A stretch of 64,000 nucleotides of DNA. It comes from the human T2T-CHM13v2.0 reference genome, Homo sapiens. Position 1 is the first letter of the stretch; every line of letters begins with the position of its first letter. The notes below the pieces were generated by a model. The model worked only from the letters and a program-made list of their open reading frames with translations. It made no database searches and had not been told where the DNA came from. The stretch lies in the NCBI RefSeq assembly GCF_009914755.1, contig NC_060926.1; one strand, 5' to 3'. Shown one piece after another: positions 1-13,622 of the stretch. A program made the translations under genes and the position numbers.

Positions 1-2150
1 CAAAAAGAGTGTTTCAAACCTGCTCTATCAAAAGAAAGGTTCAACTCTGTGTGTTGAATGCACACATCAAAAAGAAGTTTCTGAGAATGTTTCTGTCTAG
101 TGTTTATGTGAAGATGTTCCCGTTTCCAACCAAGGCCTCAAAGCATTCCAAATATCCACTTGCAGATTCTACTAAAAGAGTGTTTCAAAACTGCTCTATG
201 ATAAGGTACGTTGAACTCTGTGAGTTGAAGGCAAATATCACAAAGAAGTTTCTGAGAATGTTTCTGTCTAGTTTTTAAGGGAAGATACTTCCTTTTCCAC
301 CATAGGCCTCAAAGCGGTCCAAATATCCACTTGCAGATTCTACAAAAACTGTGTGTGAAACCTGCTTTATGAAAAGAAAGGTTCAACTCTGTGAGTTGAA
401 TGCACACATCACAAAGAAGTTTCTGAGAATGCTTCTGTCTGGTTTTTATATAAAGATATTTCCTTTTCCACCATAGGCCTCAAAGCTCTCCAAATGTCCA
501 CTTGCGGATTCTATAAAAAGAGTGTTTCGAACCTGCTCTATCAAAAGAAATTTTCAACTCTGTGAGTTGAATGCCCACATCACAAAGGAATTTCTGAGAA
601 TGCTTCTGTCTAGTTTTTAGGTGAAGACATTTCCTTTTCTACCATAGGCCTCAAAGCTCTCCAAATGTGCAGTTGCAGATTTTACAAAAAGAGTGTTTCA
701 AAACTGCTCTTTCAAAAGAAAGGTTTAACTCTGTGAGTTAAATGCAGACATCACAAAGAAGTTTCTGAGAATGTTTCTGTCTAGTTTTTATGTGACGATA
801 TTTTCTTTTCCACCAGAGGCCCCAAAGCGCTCCAAATGTCCACTTGCAGATACTACAAAGAGAGTGTTTCAAACCTGCTCTATCAAAGGAAAGGTTCAAC
901 TCTGTGAGTTGAATGCATGCATCAGAAAGTAGTTTCTGAGAATGCTTCTCTCTAGTGTTTATGTGAGGATATTCCCATTTCCAACGAAGGCCTCAAAGCG
1001 GTCGAAATATCCACTTGCAGATTCTACAAAAAGAGTGTTTCTAAACTGCTCCATGAAAAGGTATGTTCAACTCTGAGAGTTGAATGCAAACATCACAAAG
1101 AAGTTTCTGAGAATTCTTCTGTCTATTTTTTGTGTGAAGATATTTCTTTTCCACCATAGTCCTCAAAGCTCTCCAAATGTCCACTTTCAGATTCTACAAA
1201 AAGAGTGTTTCAAACCTGCTCTATCAAAAGAAAGTTTCAACTCTGTGAGTTGAATACACCCATCACAAAGAAGTTTCTCAGAATGCTTCCATGTAGTTTT
1301 TATGTGGAGATATTTTTTTTCTGCCATAGGCCTCAAAGCTCTCCAAATGTCCACTTGTATATTCTACCAAAAGTGTGTTTGAAAACTGCTCTATGAAAAG
1401 AAAGATTCAACTCTGTTAGTTGAATGCAAACATCACAAAGAAGTTTCTGAGAAAGTTTCTGTCTAGTTTTTATGTGAAGATATTTCGTTTTCCACCATAA
1501 GCCTCAAAGCGCTCCGAATGTCCACTTGCAGATTCTACAAAAAGAGTGTTTCAAACCTGCTCTATCAAAAGAAAGGTTCAACTCTGTGAGTTGAATGCAC
1601 ACAGCACAAAGAAGTTTCTGAGAATGCTTCTGTCTAGTTTTTATGTAAAGACATTTCCTTTTCTACCATAGGCCTCAAAGCTCTCCAAATGTCCAATTGC
1701 AGATTTTACAAAAAGTGTGTTTCAAAGCTGTTCTATCAAAAAAAAGTTTCAACTCTGTGAGTTAAATGCACACATTACAAAGGGGTTTCTGAGAATGCTT
1801 CTTTCCACGTTTTATATGAAGATATTTCCTTTTCCACCATAGACCTCAAAGCGCTCCAAATGTCCACTTGCAGATTCTACAAAAAGAGTGTGTCAAAGCT
1901 GCTCTATCAAAAGAAAGTTTCAAATCTGTATGTTCAATCCACACAGCACAAAGATGTTTCTGAGAAAGCATCTGTCTAGTGATTATGTGAAGATACTCCA
2001 GTTTCCAAGGAAGGCCTCAAAGCTGTCCAAATCTCCACCTGCAGATTCTACTAAAAGAGTGTTTCAAAACTCTTCTAAGATAAAGTCTGTTCAACTCCAT
2101 GAGTTGAATGCACACATCACAAAGTAGTCTTAGAGAATGCTTCTGTATAC
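1..2150 (-). repeat. Alpha-satellite sub-block with mixed A/B-type monomers (SF5/R1R2-like); CENP-B boxes degenerate
   Basis: Diagnostic ctctatcaaaag / gtgagttgaa / tttctgagaatg. B-type monomers have broken boxes (tcccgtttccaaccaag ~118, tcccatttccaacgaag ~973). Family label inferred. Confidence 0.7.
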
Positions 2151-5100
2151 TTTTTATGTGAAGATATTTCCTTTTCCACCATAGGCCTCAAAGCACTCCA
2201 AATGTTCACTTCCAGATTTTAAAGACAGAGTGTTTCCAAACCGGTCAATCAAAAAAAAAGGTTGAACTCTGTGAGATGAACACATGCATCAAAAAGAAGT
2301 TTCTCAGAATTCTTCTGTCTAGTTTTTATGTGAAGATATTTCCTTTTCTACCACAGGCCACAAAGCACTCCAAGTGTCCAATTGCAGATTCTACAAAAAG
2401 AGATTTTCAAAACTCCTCAACCAAAGAACATTTTAACTCTGTGAGACAAATGCACACATCACAAAGAAGTTTCTCAGATTACTTCTGTCTAGATTTTATG
2501 TGAAGATATTTCCTTTTCTACCGCAGGCCGCAAAGCTCTCCAAATGTCCACTTGCAGATTCAACAAAAAGAATGTTTCCAAACTGCTCAAACAATTGAAA
2601 TTATCAACTCTGTGAGATGAACGCATGCATCACAAAGAGGTTTCTCAGAATTCTTCTGTCTAGTTTTTATGTGAAGATATTTCCTTTTCCACCATAGGCC
2701 TCAAAGTGCTCCAAGTGTCCACTTCCAGATTCTACAAAAAGTGTTTCCAAACTGCTCAATCAAAAGAGGTTTAAATCTGTGAGATGAATGCACACATCAC
2801 AAAGAAGTTTCTTAGATTGCTTCTGTCTAGATTTTTTGTGAGGATATTCCTTTTCTACCATAGGCTGCAAAGCGCTTCAAATGTCCACTTGCAGATACTA
2901 CAAAAATAGTGTTTCCAAACAGCTCAATCAAATGAAAATATCAACTCTGTGAGATGAACCCACACATCACAAACTGCTTTCTCAGAATTCTTCTGTCTAG
3001 TTTTTATGGGAAGATAGTTCCTTTTCCACCATAGGCCTCAAAGCTCTCCAAATGTCCACTTGCAGATCCTACTAAAAGAGAATTTCAAAACTGCTAAATC
3101 AAAAGAAAGTTTTAACTCTGTGAGAAGAATGCACACATCACAAAGTAGTTTCTCAGATTGCTCCTGTCTAGATTTTACATGAAGATATTACCTTCTCTAC
3201 CATAGTCCACAAAGCGCTACAAATGTCCACATTCAGATTCTACTAAAAGTGTTTTTGCAACTGCTCTATAAAAAGAAAGGTTCAACTCTGTGAGATGAAG
3301 GCACACATCACAAAGGAGTTTCTCAGAATTCTTCTGTCTATTTTTTATGTGAAGATATTTCCTTTTCCACCATAGGCCTCAAAGTGCTCCAAATGTCCAC
3401 TTCCAGATTCTACAAAAAGAGTGTTTCCAAACTGCTCAATCAAAAGAAAGGTTTAAATCTGTGAGATGAATGCACACATCACAAAGAAGTTTCTCAGATT
3501 GCTTCTTTCTAGATTTTAAGTGAAGATGTTTCCTTTTCTACCATACCCGCAAGGCGCTCCAAATGTCCACTTGCAGATTCTACAAAAAGAGAGTTTCAAA
3601 ACTGCTCAATAAAAGAAATCTTTAACTCTGTGAAATGAATGAACACATCACAAAGAACTTTCTCAGGTTGCTTCTTTCTAGATTTTAAGTGAAGATATTT
3701 CCTTTCCTACCACAGCCCGCAAAGCACTCCAAACGTTCACTTGTAGATACTACAAAAAGAGTGTTTCCAATCTGCTGAATCAAAAGAAAGTTTCAACTCT
3801 GTGAGATGAACGCACGCATCACAAAGAAGTTTCTCAGTATTCTTCTGTCTAGTTTTTCTGTGAAGATATTTCCTTTTCCACCATATGCCTCAAAGCGCTC
3901 CAAATGTCCACTTGCAGATTATACAAAAAGAGAGTTTCAAAACTGCTCAGTCGAAAGAATGATTAACTCTGTGAGATGAATGCACACATCACAAAGAAAT
4001 TTCTCAGATTCCTTCTGTCTAGATTTTATGTGAAGATATTTCCTTTTGTACCATAGGCCACAAAGAACTCCAAATGTCCACTTGCAGAATCTACAAAAAG
4101 AGTTGTTTCCAAACTGCGCAATCAAAAGAAAGGTTCAACTCTGTGAGTTGAACACTCACATCACAAAGAGGTTTCTAATAATTCTTCTGTCTAGTTTTTA
4201 TGTGAAGATATTTCCTTTTCCACCATAGGTTGCAAAGCGCTCCAAATGTCCACTTGCAGATTCTACAGAAAGAATGTTTCCAACAGCTCAATGAAAAGAA
4301 ACGTTCAACTCTGTGAGATGAATGCACACATCACAAAGAAGTTTCTCAGAATTCTGTCTAGTTTTTATGTGAAGATATTTCCTTTTCCACCATTGAACTC
4401 AAAGCACTGCAAATGTCCACTTGCAGATCCTACAAAAAAAGAGTTTCCAAACTGCTCAATCAAAAGAAAATTTTAACTCTGTGAGATGAAAGCACACAAC
4501 ACACAGAAGTTTCTGAGATTGATTCTGTCTAGATTTTATGTGAAGATATTTCCTGTTCTTCCATAGGCCACAAAGCCCTCCAAATGTCCACTTGCAGATT
4601 CGACAAAAAGAGTGGTTGCAAACTGCTTAATCAAAAGAAAGTTTCAACTCTGTGAGATTAATGCACGCATCACAAAGAAGTTTCTCAGAATTCTTCTCTC
4701 TGGTTTTTATGGGAAGATATTTCCTTTTCCACCATTGGACTCAAAGGGCTCCAAATGTCCACTTGCAGATTTTACAAAAACAGAGTTTCAATACTCTTCA
4801 ATCAAAAGAAAGTTTTAACTCTCTGGGATGAATGCACATATCACAAAGATGCTTCTCAGATTGCTTCTGTCAAGATTTTATATGAAGATATTTCCTTTTC
4901 TACCATAGGGCGCAAAGCACTCCAAATGTCCAGTTGCAGATTCTACAAAAAGAGTTTCAAAACTGCTAAATCAAAAGAAACTTTTAATTCTGTGGGATCA
5001 ATGCACACATCACAAAGAAGTTTCTCAGATTGCTTCTGTCTAGATTTTATGTGAAGATATTTCCTTTTCTACCATTGGCTGCAAAGCTCTCCAAATGTCC

Positions 5101-8100
5101 ACTTGCAGATTCTACAAAAAGAGTGTTTCCAAACTGCTCAATCTAAGGAAAGTTTCAACTCTGTGAGATGAACGCAGACATCTCAAAGAAGTTTCTCAGA
5201 ATTCTTCTGTCTAGTTTTTATATGAAGATATTAACTTTTCCACCACATGCATCAAATCACTCCAAATGTCCACTTGCAGATTCTACAAAAAGAGAATTTC
5301 AAATCTGCTCTATCAAAAGAAAGCTTTACCTCTTTGAGATGAATGCACACATCACAAAGAAGTTTCTCAGATTGCTTCTGTCTACAATTTATGTGAAGAT
5401 ATTTCCTGTTCTAACATAGGCCTCAGAGCGCACCAAATGTCCACTTGCAGATTCTACCAAAAGAGTGTTTCCAAACCGCTCATTCAAAGAAATGTTCAAC
5501 TTTCTAGATGGATGCACACATCATAAAGAACTTTCTCAGAATTCTTCTTTCTAGTTTTTATGTGAAGATATTTCCTTTTGTACCGTAGACTCGAAGGCAC
5601 TCGAAAGGTCCACTTGCAGATTCTACAAAAGGAGTATTTCAAAACTGGTCCTTCAAAGGAATGTTCAAATCTGGGGGTTGAATGCACACATCACAAAGTA
5701 GTTTCTCAGAATGCTTCTATGTACTTTTTATGGGAAGATATTTCATTTTTCACCATAGGCCTGAACGCCCTTCAAATGTCCACTTAGAGATTATACAAAA
5801 AGGGAGTTTTAAAACTGCTCTATCAAAAGAAAGGTTTCAATCCGTTAGATGAATGCACACATCACAAAGATGTTTCTAAAAATGCTTCTATCTATTTTTT
5901 ATGTGAAGATATTTCCTTTTCCACCGTAGGCCTCAAAGCGCTCCAAATGTCCACTTGTAGATTCTACAAAAAGAGAGTTTCAAGACTGCTCAATCAAAAG
6001 AAACGTTTAACTCTGTGAGATGAATGCACACATCATAAAGAAGGTTTTCAGATTACTTCTGTCTACGTCTTATGTGAAGATATTTCCTTTTCCACCATAG
6101 GCTGCAAAGAGCTCCAAATGTCCACTTGCAGAGTCTTCAAAAAGAGTGTTTCCAAACTGCTCCATCAAAAGAAATGTTCAACTTCATGAGCTGAATGCAC
6201 ACATCACAAAGAAGTTTGTCAGAATTCTTCTGTCTAGTTTTTATGTGAAGATAATTCCTTTTCCACCATAGGCCTCAAAGCCTTCAAAATGTCCACTTGC
6301 AGATTCTACAAAAAGAGAGTTTCCAAAGTGCTCAGTCAAAAGAAAGGTTTACTCTGTGAGATGAATGCACACACCACAAAGAAGTTTGTCATATTGCTTT
6401 TATCTAGATTTTATGTGAAGATATTTTCTTTTCTACCATAGGCCACAACGCGCTCCAAATGTCCAGTTGCAAATTCTACAAAAAGAGTCTTCCCAAACTG
6501 CTCAATCAAAAGTAAAGTTCAACTCTGTGATATGAACACACACATCACAAAGTAGTTTCTCAGAATTCTGCTGTCTAGTTTTTATGTGAAGATATTTCCT
6601 TTTCCATCATAGGCCTCATAGCGCTCCAAATGTCCACTTGCAGATTTTACCAAAAGGGAGTTTCAAGACAGCTCCATCAAAAGAAAGTTTTAATTCTGTG
6701 AGATGCATGCACACATCACAAAGAAGTTTCTCAGATTGCTTCTGTCTAGATTTTATTTTAATATATATCCTTTTCTAACGTAGGCCGCAAAGTGCTCCAA
6801 ATGTCCACTTGCAGATTCTACAAAAAGAGTGATTCCAAACTGCTTAATCAAAAGAAAGGTTCAACTCTGAGAGATGAATGCACACATCACAAAGAAGTTT
6901 CTCAGAATTATTCTGTCTAGTTTTTATCTGAAGATGTTTCCTTTTCCACCACAGGCCTCAAAGCGCTCCAAATGTACACTTGCAAATTCTACAAAAAGAG
7001 GGTTTCAAAACTGCTTAATCAAAAGAAATGTTTAACTCTCTGAGATGAATGCACACATCATAAAGTAGTTTGTCAGACTGCTTTTATCTAGATTTTCTGT
7101 GAAGATATTTCCTTTTCTACCAGAGGTCACAAAGTGCTCCAAATGTCCGCTTGCAGATTCTACAAAAAGAGTACTTCCAAACTGCTCAATCAAAAGAAAG
7201 GTTCAACTCTGTGAGATGTAAGCACACATCACAAAGAAGTTTCTCAGAATTTTTCTGTCTAGTTTCTATGTAAAAATATTTACTTTTCCACCGTAGGCCT
7301 CAAAGGGCTCCAAATGTCCACTTGCAGATTTTACAAAAAGAGAGTTTCAAGACAGCTCAATCAAAAGAAAGTTTTAACTCTGTGAGATGAATGCACACAT
7401 CACAAAGAAGTTTCTCAGATTCATTCTATCTAGATTTTATGGGAATATATTTCCTTTTCTAACATAGGCTGCAAAGCGCTCCAAATGTCCACTTGCAGAT
7501 TCCACAAAAAGAGTGTTTCCAAACTGCTTAATCAAAAGAAAGGTTCAACTCTGTGAGATAAACGCATGCATCACAAAGAAGCTTCTCCGAATTCTTCTAT
7601 GTAGTTTTGATGTGAAAATATTTCCTTTCCCTCCACAGGCCTCAAAGGGCTCCAAATGTTAACTTGCAGATTCTACAAAAAGAGAGATTCAAAACTGCTC
7701 AATCAAAACAAAGGCTTAACTCTGTGAGATCAGTGCACACATCACAAAGAAGTTTCTCAGAATTCTTCTGTCTAGTTTTTATGTGAAGATATTTCCTTTT
7801 CCACCATAGGCCTCAAAGCACTCCAAATGTTCACTTGCAGATTCTACAAAAAAAGAGTTTCAAAACTGCTCAATCAAAAGAATGCTTTAACTCTGTGAGA
7901 TGAATGCACACATCACAAAGAGGTTTCTCACATTGGTTCTGTCTATATTTCATGTGAAGATATTTCCTTTTATAACATAGGCAACAAAGCACTCCAATAG
8001 TCCACTTGCAGATTCTACAAACAGAGTGTCTGCAAACTGCTCAATCAAAAGGAAGTTTTAACTCTGTGAGAAGAACGCACACATCACAAAGAAGTTTCTC

Positions 8101-8880
8101 AGAATTCTTCTGTCTAGTTTTTATGTGAAGATATTTCCTTTCCCACTGTAGGCCTCAAAGCACTCAAAATGTCCACTTGCAGATTCTACAAAAAGAGAGC
8201 TTCAAAACTACTCAACCAAAAGAAAGGTTTAACTCTCTGAGATGAATGCACACATCACAAAGAAGTTTCTGAGATTGCTTCTGTCTAGATTTTATGTGAA
8301 GATATTTCCTTTTCTACCATAGGCAATAAAGCACTCCAATAGTCCACTTGCAGATTCTACAAAAAGAATGTTTCTAAACTGCTCAATCAAAAGGAAGGTT
8401 CAACTTTGTGAGATAAACGCATACGTCACAAAGGAGATTCTCAGAACTCTTCTGTCAAGTTTTTATGTGAAGATATTTCCTTTTCCACCATAGGCCTCAA
8501 AATGATCCAAATGTCCACTTGCAAATTCTACAAAAACAGAGTTTCAAAACTGCTCAGTCAAAAGAAAGTTTGAACTCTGTGAGATGAATGCACACATGCC
8601 AAAGAAGTTTCTCAGATTCCTTCTGTCTAGATTTTTTGTGAAGATATTACCTTTTCTACCATAGTCCGCATAGCACTGCAAATGTCCACTTGCAGAATCT
8701 CCAACAAGAGTGTTTCCAAACTGCTGAATCAAAAGAAAGTTTCAACTATTTGAGTTGAAGGCACACATCACAAAGAAGATTCTGAGAATTCTTCTGTCTA
8801 GTTTTTATGTGAAGATATTTCCTTTTCCGCTATAGGCCCAAAAGCGCTACAAATGTCCACTAGCGGATTCTACAAAAAGA
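2150..8880 (-). repeat. Alpha-satellite sub-block, A-type only (SF4/older-layer-like), no CENP-B boxes
   Basis: Diagnostic ctcaatcaaaag / gtgagatgaa / tttctcaga. All monomers read ttccttttc(c/t)accatagg at the box position. Boundaries approximate. Confidence 0.7.
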
Positions 8881-10357
8881 GTGTCTCAGAACTTCTCAAT
8901 CAAAAGAAAGGTTTAACTCTGTGAGTTGAATGTACAGATCACAAAGAAGTTTCTGAGAATGCTGCTGTCTAGATTTTATGTGAAGATATTCCCGTTTCCA
9001 AGGAGGGCCTCAAGGGGTACCTAATATCCACTTGCAGATTCTACTAAAGGAGTGTTTCAAAACGACTCTATGATAAGGTATGTTCCACTCTGTGAGTTGA
9101 AGGCAAACATCAAAAAGAAGTTCCTGAGAATGCTTCTCTCTAGTTTAGATGGGAAGATATTTCCTTTTCCACTATAGGCCTCAAAGTGTTCCAAGTGTCC
9201 ACTTGCAGATTCTACAAAAAGAGTGTTTCAAAACTGCTCTATCAAAAGAAAGTTTCAACTCTGTGAAGTGAATGCACAGATTACAAACAAGTTTCTGAGA
9301 ATGCTTCTGTCTAGTTTTTATGTGAAGATATTCCTGTTTCCAACGAAGGCCTCAAAGCAGTCCAAATATCCACTAGCATATTCTGCAAAAAGAGTGTTTC
9401 AAAACTGCCCCATGAAAATGAATATTCAACTCTGTGAGTAGAATGCAAACATCACAAAGAAGTTTCTGAGAATGCTTCTGCCTAGTTTTTATGTGAAGAT
9501 ATTTTCTTTCCCACCATAGGCCTCAAAGCACTCCAAATGTCCACTTACAGATTCTACAAAAAGAGTGCTTCAAACCTGCTCTATCAAAAGAAAGGTTCAA
9601 CTCTGTGAGTTGAATGCAAACATCACAAAGAAGTTTCTGAGAATGCTTCTGTCTAGATTTTATGTGAAGATATTTCCTTTTCTAACTTAGGCTGCAAAGC
9701 GCTTCAAATGTCCACTTACAGAATCTACAAAAAGAGCTTTTCCATAATTCTCAATCAAAAGAAAGGTTCAACTCTGTGAGATGAATGCACACATCACAAA
9801 GAAGTTTCTCAGAATTCTTCTCTCTAGTTTTTATGTGAAGATATTTCCTTTTCCACCATAAGCCTCAAAGCACTCCAAATATCCACTTGTAGATTCTACA
9901 AAAAAAGAGGTTCAAAACTCCTCGATCAAAAGAAAGGTTTAACTCTGTGAGATGAATACACACATCACAAAGAGGTTTCTCACATTGGTTCTGTCTAGAT
10001 TTTATGTGAAGATATTTCCTTTTATAACATAGGTCGCAAAGCGCTCCTAATGCCCACTTGCAGATTCTACAAAAAGAGTGTCTGTAAACTGCTCAATCAA
10101 AAGGAAGTTTCAACTCTGTGAGAAGAACGCACACATCACAAAGAAGTTTCTCAGAATTCCTCTGTCTAGTTTTTGTGTGAAGATATTTCCTTTCCCACCA
10201 TAGGCCTCAAAGCGCTCCAAATGTCCACTTGCAGATTCTACAAAAAGAGTGTTTCAAACCTGCTCTGTCAAAAGAAAGGTTCAACTCAGTGAGTTGAATG
10301 CACACAGCACAAAGAAGTTTCTGAGAAATCTTCCGTCTAGTGATTATGTGAAGATAT

Positions 10358-10374
10358 TCCCGTTTCCAACGAAG
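10358..10374 (-). promoter_or_regulatory. CENP-B box
   Basis: tcccgtttccaacgaag = reverse complement of CTTCGTTGGAAACGGGA. Confidence 0.9.
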
Positions 10375-11380
10375 GCCTCTAACCGGTCGAATTAAACACG
10401 TGCAGATTCTACTAAAAGAGTGTTTCAAAACTGCTCTATGATAACGTTTGTTCAACTCTGTGAGTTGAAGGCAAACATCACAAAGAAGTTTCTGAGAATG
10501 CTTCTGTCGTTTTCATGGGAAGATATTTTCTTTTCCACTATAGGTATCAAATCGCTCAAATGTCCACTTGCAGAGTCTACAAAAAGACGGTTTTAAACCT
10601 GTTCTGTGAAAAGAAAGTTTCAACTCTGTGAGTTGAATGCACACAGCACAAAGAAGTTTCTGAGAAAGCTTCTATCTAGTGTTTATGTGAAGATATTCCC
10701 GTTTCCAAGGAATACCTCAAAGCGGTCCAAATATCCACTTGCAGATTCTACTAAAAGAGTGACTCAAAACTGCTCTATGGTAAAGTATTTTCAACTCTGT
10801 GAGTTGAATGCAAACATCACAAAGACGTTTCTGAGAATGCTTCTGTCTAGTTTTTCCGTGAAGATATTTCCTTTTCCACTATAGGCCTCAAAGCGTTCCA
10901 AATGTCCACTTGCAGATTCTGCAAAAAGAGTGTTTCAAACCTGCTCTATCAAAAGAAAGGTTCAACTCTGTGAGTTGAATGCACACATCACAAAGAAGTT
11001 TCTGAGAATTCTTCTGTCTAGTTTTTCTGCGAAGATACTTCCTTTTACACCCATTGGCCTCAAAGTTCCCCAAATGTCCCCTTGCAGATTATACAAAAAG
11101 AATGTTTCAAAACAGCTCTATCAAAAGAAACGTTCAACGATGTGAGTTGAATGCACACATCACAAAGAAGCTTCTGAGAATGCCTCTGTCTGGTTCTTAT
11201 GTGAAGATATTTCTTTTTCACAATAGGCATCAAAGCTCTCCAAATGTCCAGTTGCAGATTCTACAAAAAGAGTGTTTCAAAACTGATCTATCAAAAGAAA
11301 GGGTCAACTCTGTGAGTTGAATGCACACATCACAAAGAAGTTTCTGAGAATGCATCTGTCTAGTTTTTATGTGAAGACAT

Positions 11381-11397
11381 TCCCGTTTCCAACGAAG
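11381..11397 (-). promoter_or_regulatory. CENP-B box
   Basis: tcccgtttccaacgaag, canonical. Confidence 0.9.
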
Positions 11398-13094
11398 GCC
11401 TCAAAGCAGTCCAAATATCCACTAGGAGATTCTACAACAACAATCTGTCCAAACTGCTGCATGAAAACGTGTGTTCAACTCTGTGAGTTGAATGCAAACA
11501 TCACAAAGAAGTTTCTGAGAATGCTTCTGTCTAGTTTTTATGTGAAGATATTTCCTCTTCCACCATAGGCCTCAAAGCCTTCCAAAGGTTCACTTGCAGA
11601 TTCTACAAAAAGAGTCTTTCAAACTTGGTCTATCAAAAGAAAGGTTCAACTCTGTGAATTGAATGCACACGTCAGAAAGAAGTTTCTGAGAATGCTTCTG
11701 TCTAGTGTTTATGTGAAGATATTCCCTTTTCCTACGAAGGCTTCAAATCGGTCCAAATATCTACTTGCAGTTTATACAAAAAGAGTGTTTCAAAACTGCT
11801 CTATGAAAAGGAAGGTTCAACTCTGTGAGTTGAATGCAAACATCACAAAGAAGTTTCTGAGAATGCTTCTATCTAGTTTTTATGTGAAGATATATCCGTT
11901 TCCACCGTAGGCCTCAAAGCTCTGCAAATGTCCACATGCAGATACTGCAAAAAGAGTGTTTCAAATCTGCTCTATCAAAACAAAGGTTCAAGTATGTGAG
12001 TTGAATGCACACATCACAAAGAAGTTTCTGAGAATGCTTCTGTCTAGATTTTATGTGAAGATATTTCCTTTACCACCATAGGCCTCAAAGCTCTCCAAAT
12101 GTCCACTTGCAGATTCAACAAAAAGAGTGTTTCAAAACTGCCCTATCAAACGAAAGGTTCAACTCTGTGAGATGAATGCACACACCACAAAGAAGTTTCT
12201 GAGAATCCTTCTGTCTAGTTTTTATGTGAAGTTATTCCCGTTTCCAATGAAGGCCTCAATGCGGTCCAAATATCCACTTGCAGATTGTACAAAAACAGTG
12301 CTTCAAAACTGCTCCATGAAAAGCCATGTTCAACTCTGTGAGCTGAATGCAAACATCACAAAGAAGTTTCTGAGAATGCTTTCTCTAGTTTTTATGTGAA
12401 GATATTTCCTTTTCCACCATAGGCCTCAAAGCGCTCCAAGAGTCCACTTGCAGATTCTACAAAAAGAGTGTTTCAAACCTATTCTATCAAAAGAAAGGTT
12501 CAACTCTGTGAATTGAATGCACACATCACAAAGAAGTTAAAGAAAATGCTTCTGTCTAGTTTTTATGAGAAGATATTCCCATTTCCAATGAAGGACTCTA
12601 AGCGGTCCAAATATCCACTTGCAGATTCCACTAAAAGAGTGTTTCATAACTGCTCTATGATAAAGTATGTCCAACTCTGTGAGTTGAATGCAGACATCAC
12701 AAATAAGTTTCTGAAAATGCTTCTGTCTAGTTTTTATGTGAAGATACTTCCTTTTCCAACATAGGCCTCAAAGGGCTCCAAATGTCCACTTGCAGATTCT
12801 GCAAAAAGAGTGTTTCAAACCTGCTCTATCAAAAGAAAGGTTCAACTCTGTGAGTTGAATGCACACATCACCATCACAAAGAAGTTTCTGAGAATGCTAT
12901 TGTCTAGTTTTTATGCGAAGATATTTCCTTTTCCACCATACGCCTCAAAGCGCTCCAACTGTCCACTTGCAGATTCTACAAAAAGAGTGTTTGAAACCTG
13001 TTCTATCAAAAGAAAGGTTCAACTCTGTGAGTTGAATGCACACAGCCAAAGAAGTTTCGGAGAAAACTTCTGTCTAGTGTTTATGTGAAGATGT

Positions 13095-13111
13095 TCCCGT
13101 TTCCAACGAAG
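13095..13111 (-). promoter_or_regulatory. CENP-B box
   Basis: tcccgtttccaacgaag, canonical. Confidence 0.9.
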
Positions 13112-13605
13112 GCCTCAACGCGTTCCAAATATCCACTTGTAGACTCTACAAAAAGAGTGTTTCAAAACTGTTCTATCAAAAGAAAGTTTCAACTCTATGA
13201 GTTGAATGTACACATCACAAGAAGTTTCTGAGGATGCTGCTGTCTAGTTTTTATGTGAAGATATTCCCATTTCCAACAAAGCCTTCAAAGCGATCCAAAT
13301 ATCCACTTGCAGATTCTACTAAAAGAGTGTTTCAAAACTGCTCTATCATAAGGTATGTTCAACTCCGTGAGTTGAAGGCAAACATCACAAAGAAGTTTCT
13401 GAGAATTCTTCTCTCTAGTTTTTATGGGAAGATATTTGTTTTTCCACCATAGGCCTCAAAGCGCTCCAAATGTCCACTTGCAGATTCTACAAAAAAGTGT
13501 TTCAAACCTGCTCTATCAAAAGAAAGGATCAACTCTGTGAGTTGAATGCACACAGAACAAAGAAGTTTCGGAGAAAGCTTCTGTCTAGTGATTATGTGAA
13601 GATAT

Positions 13606-13622
13606 CCCCGTTTCCAACGAAG
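13606..13622 (-). promoter_or_regulatory. CENP-B box (core intact)
   Basis: ccccgtttccaacgaag; the nine essential positions are retained. Confidence 0.8.
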
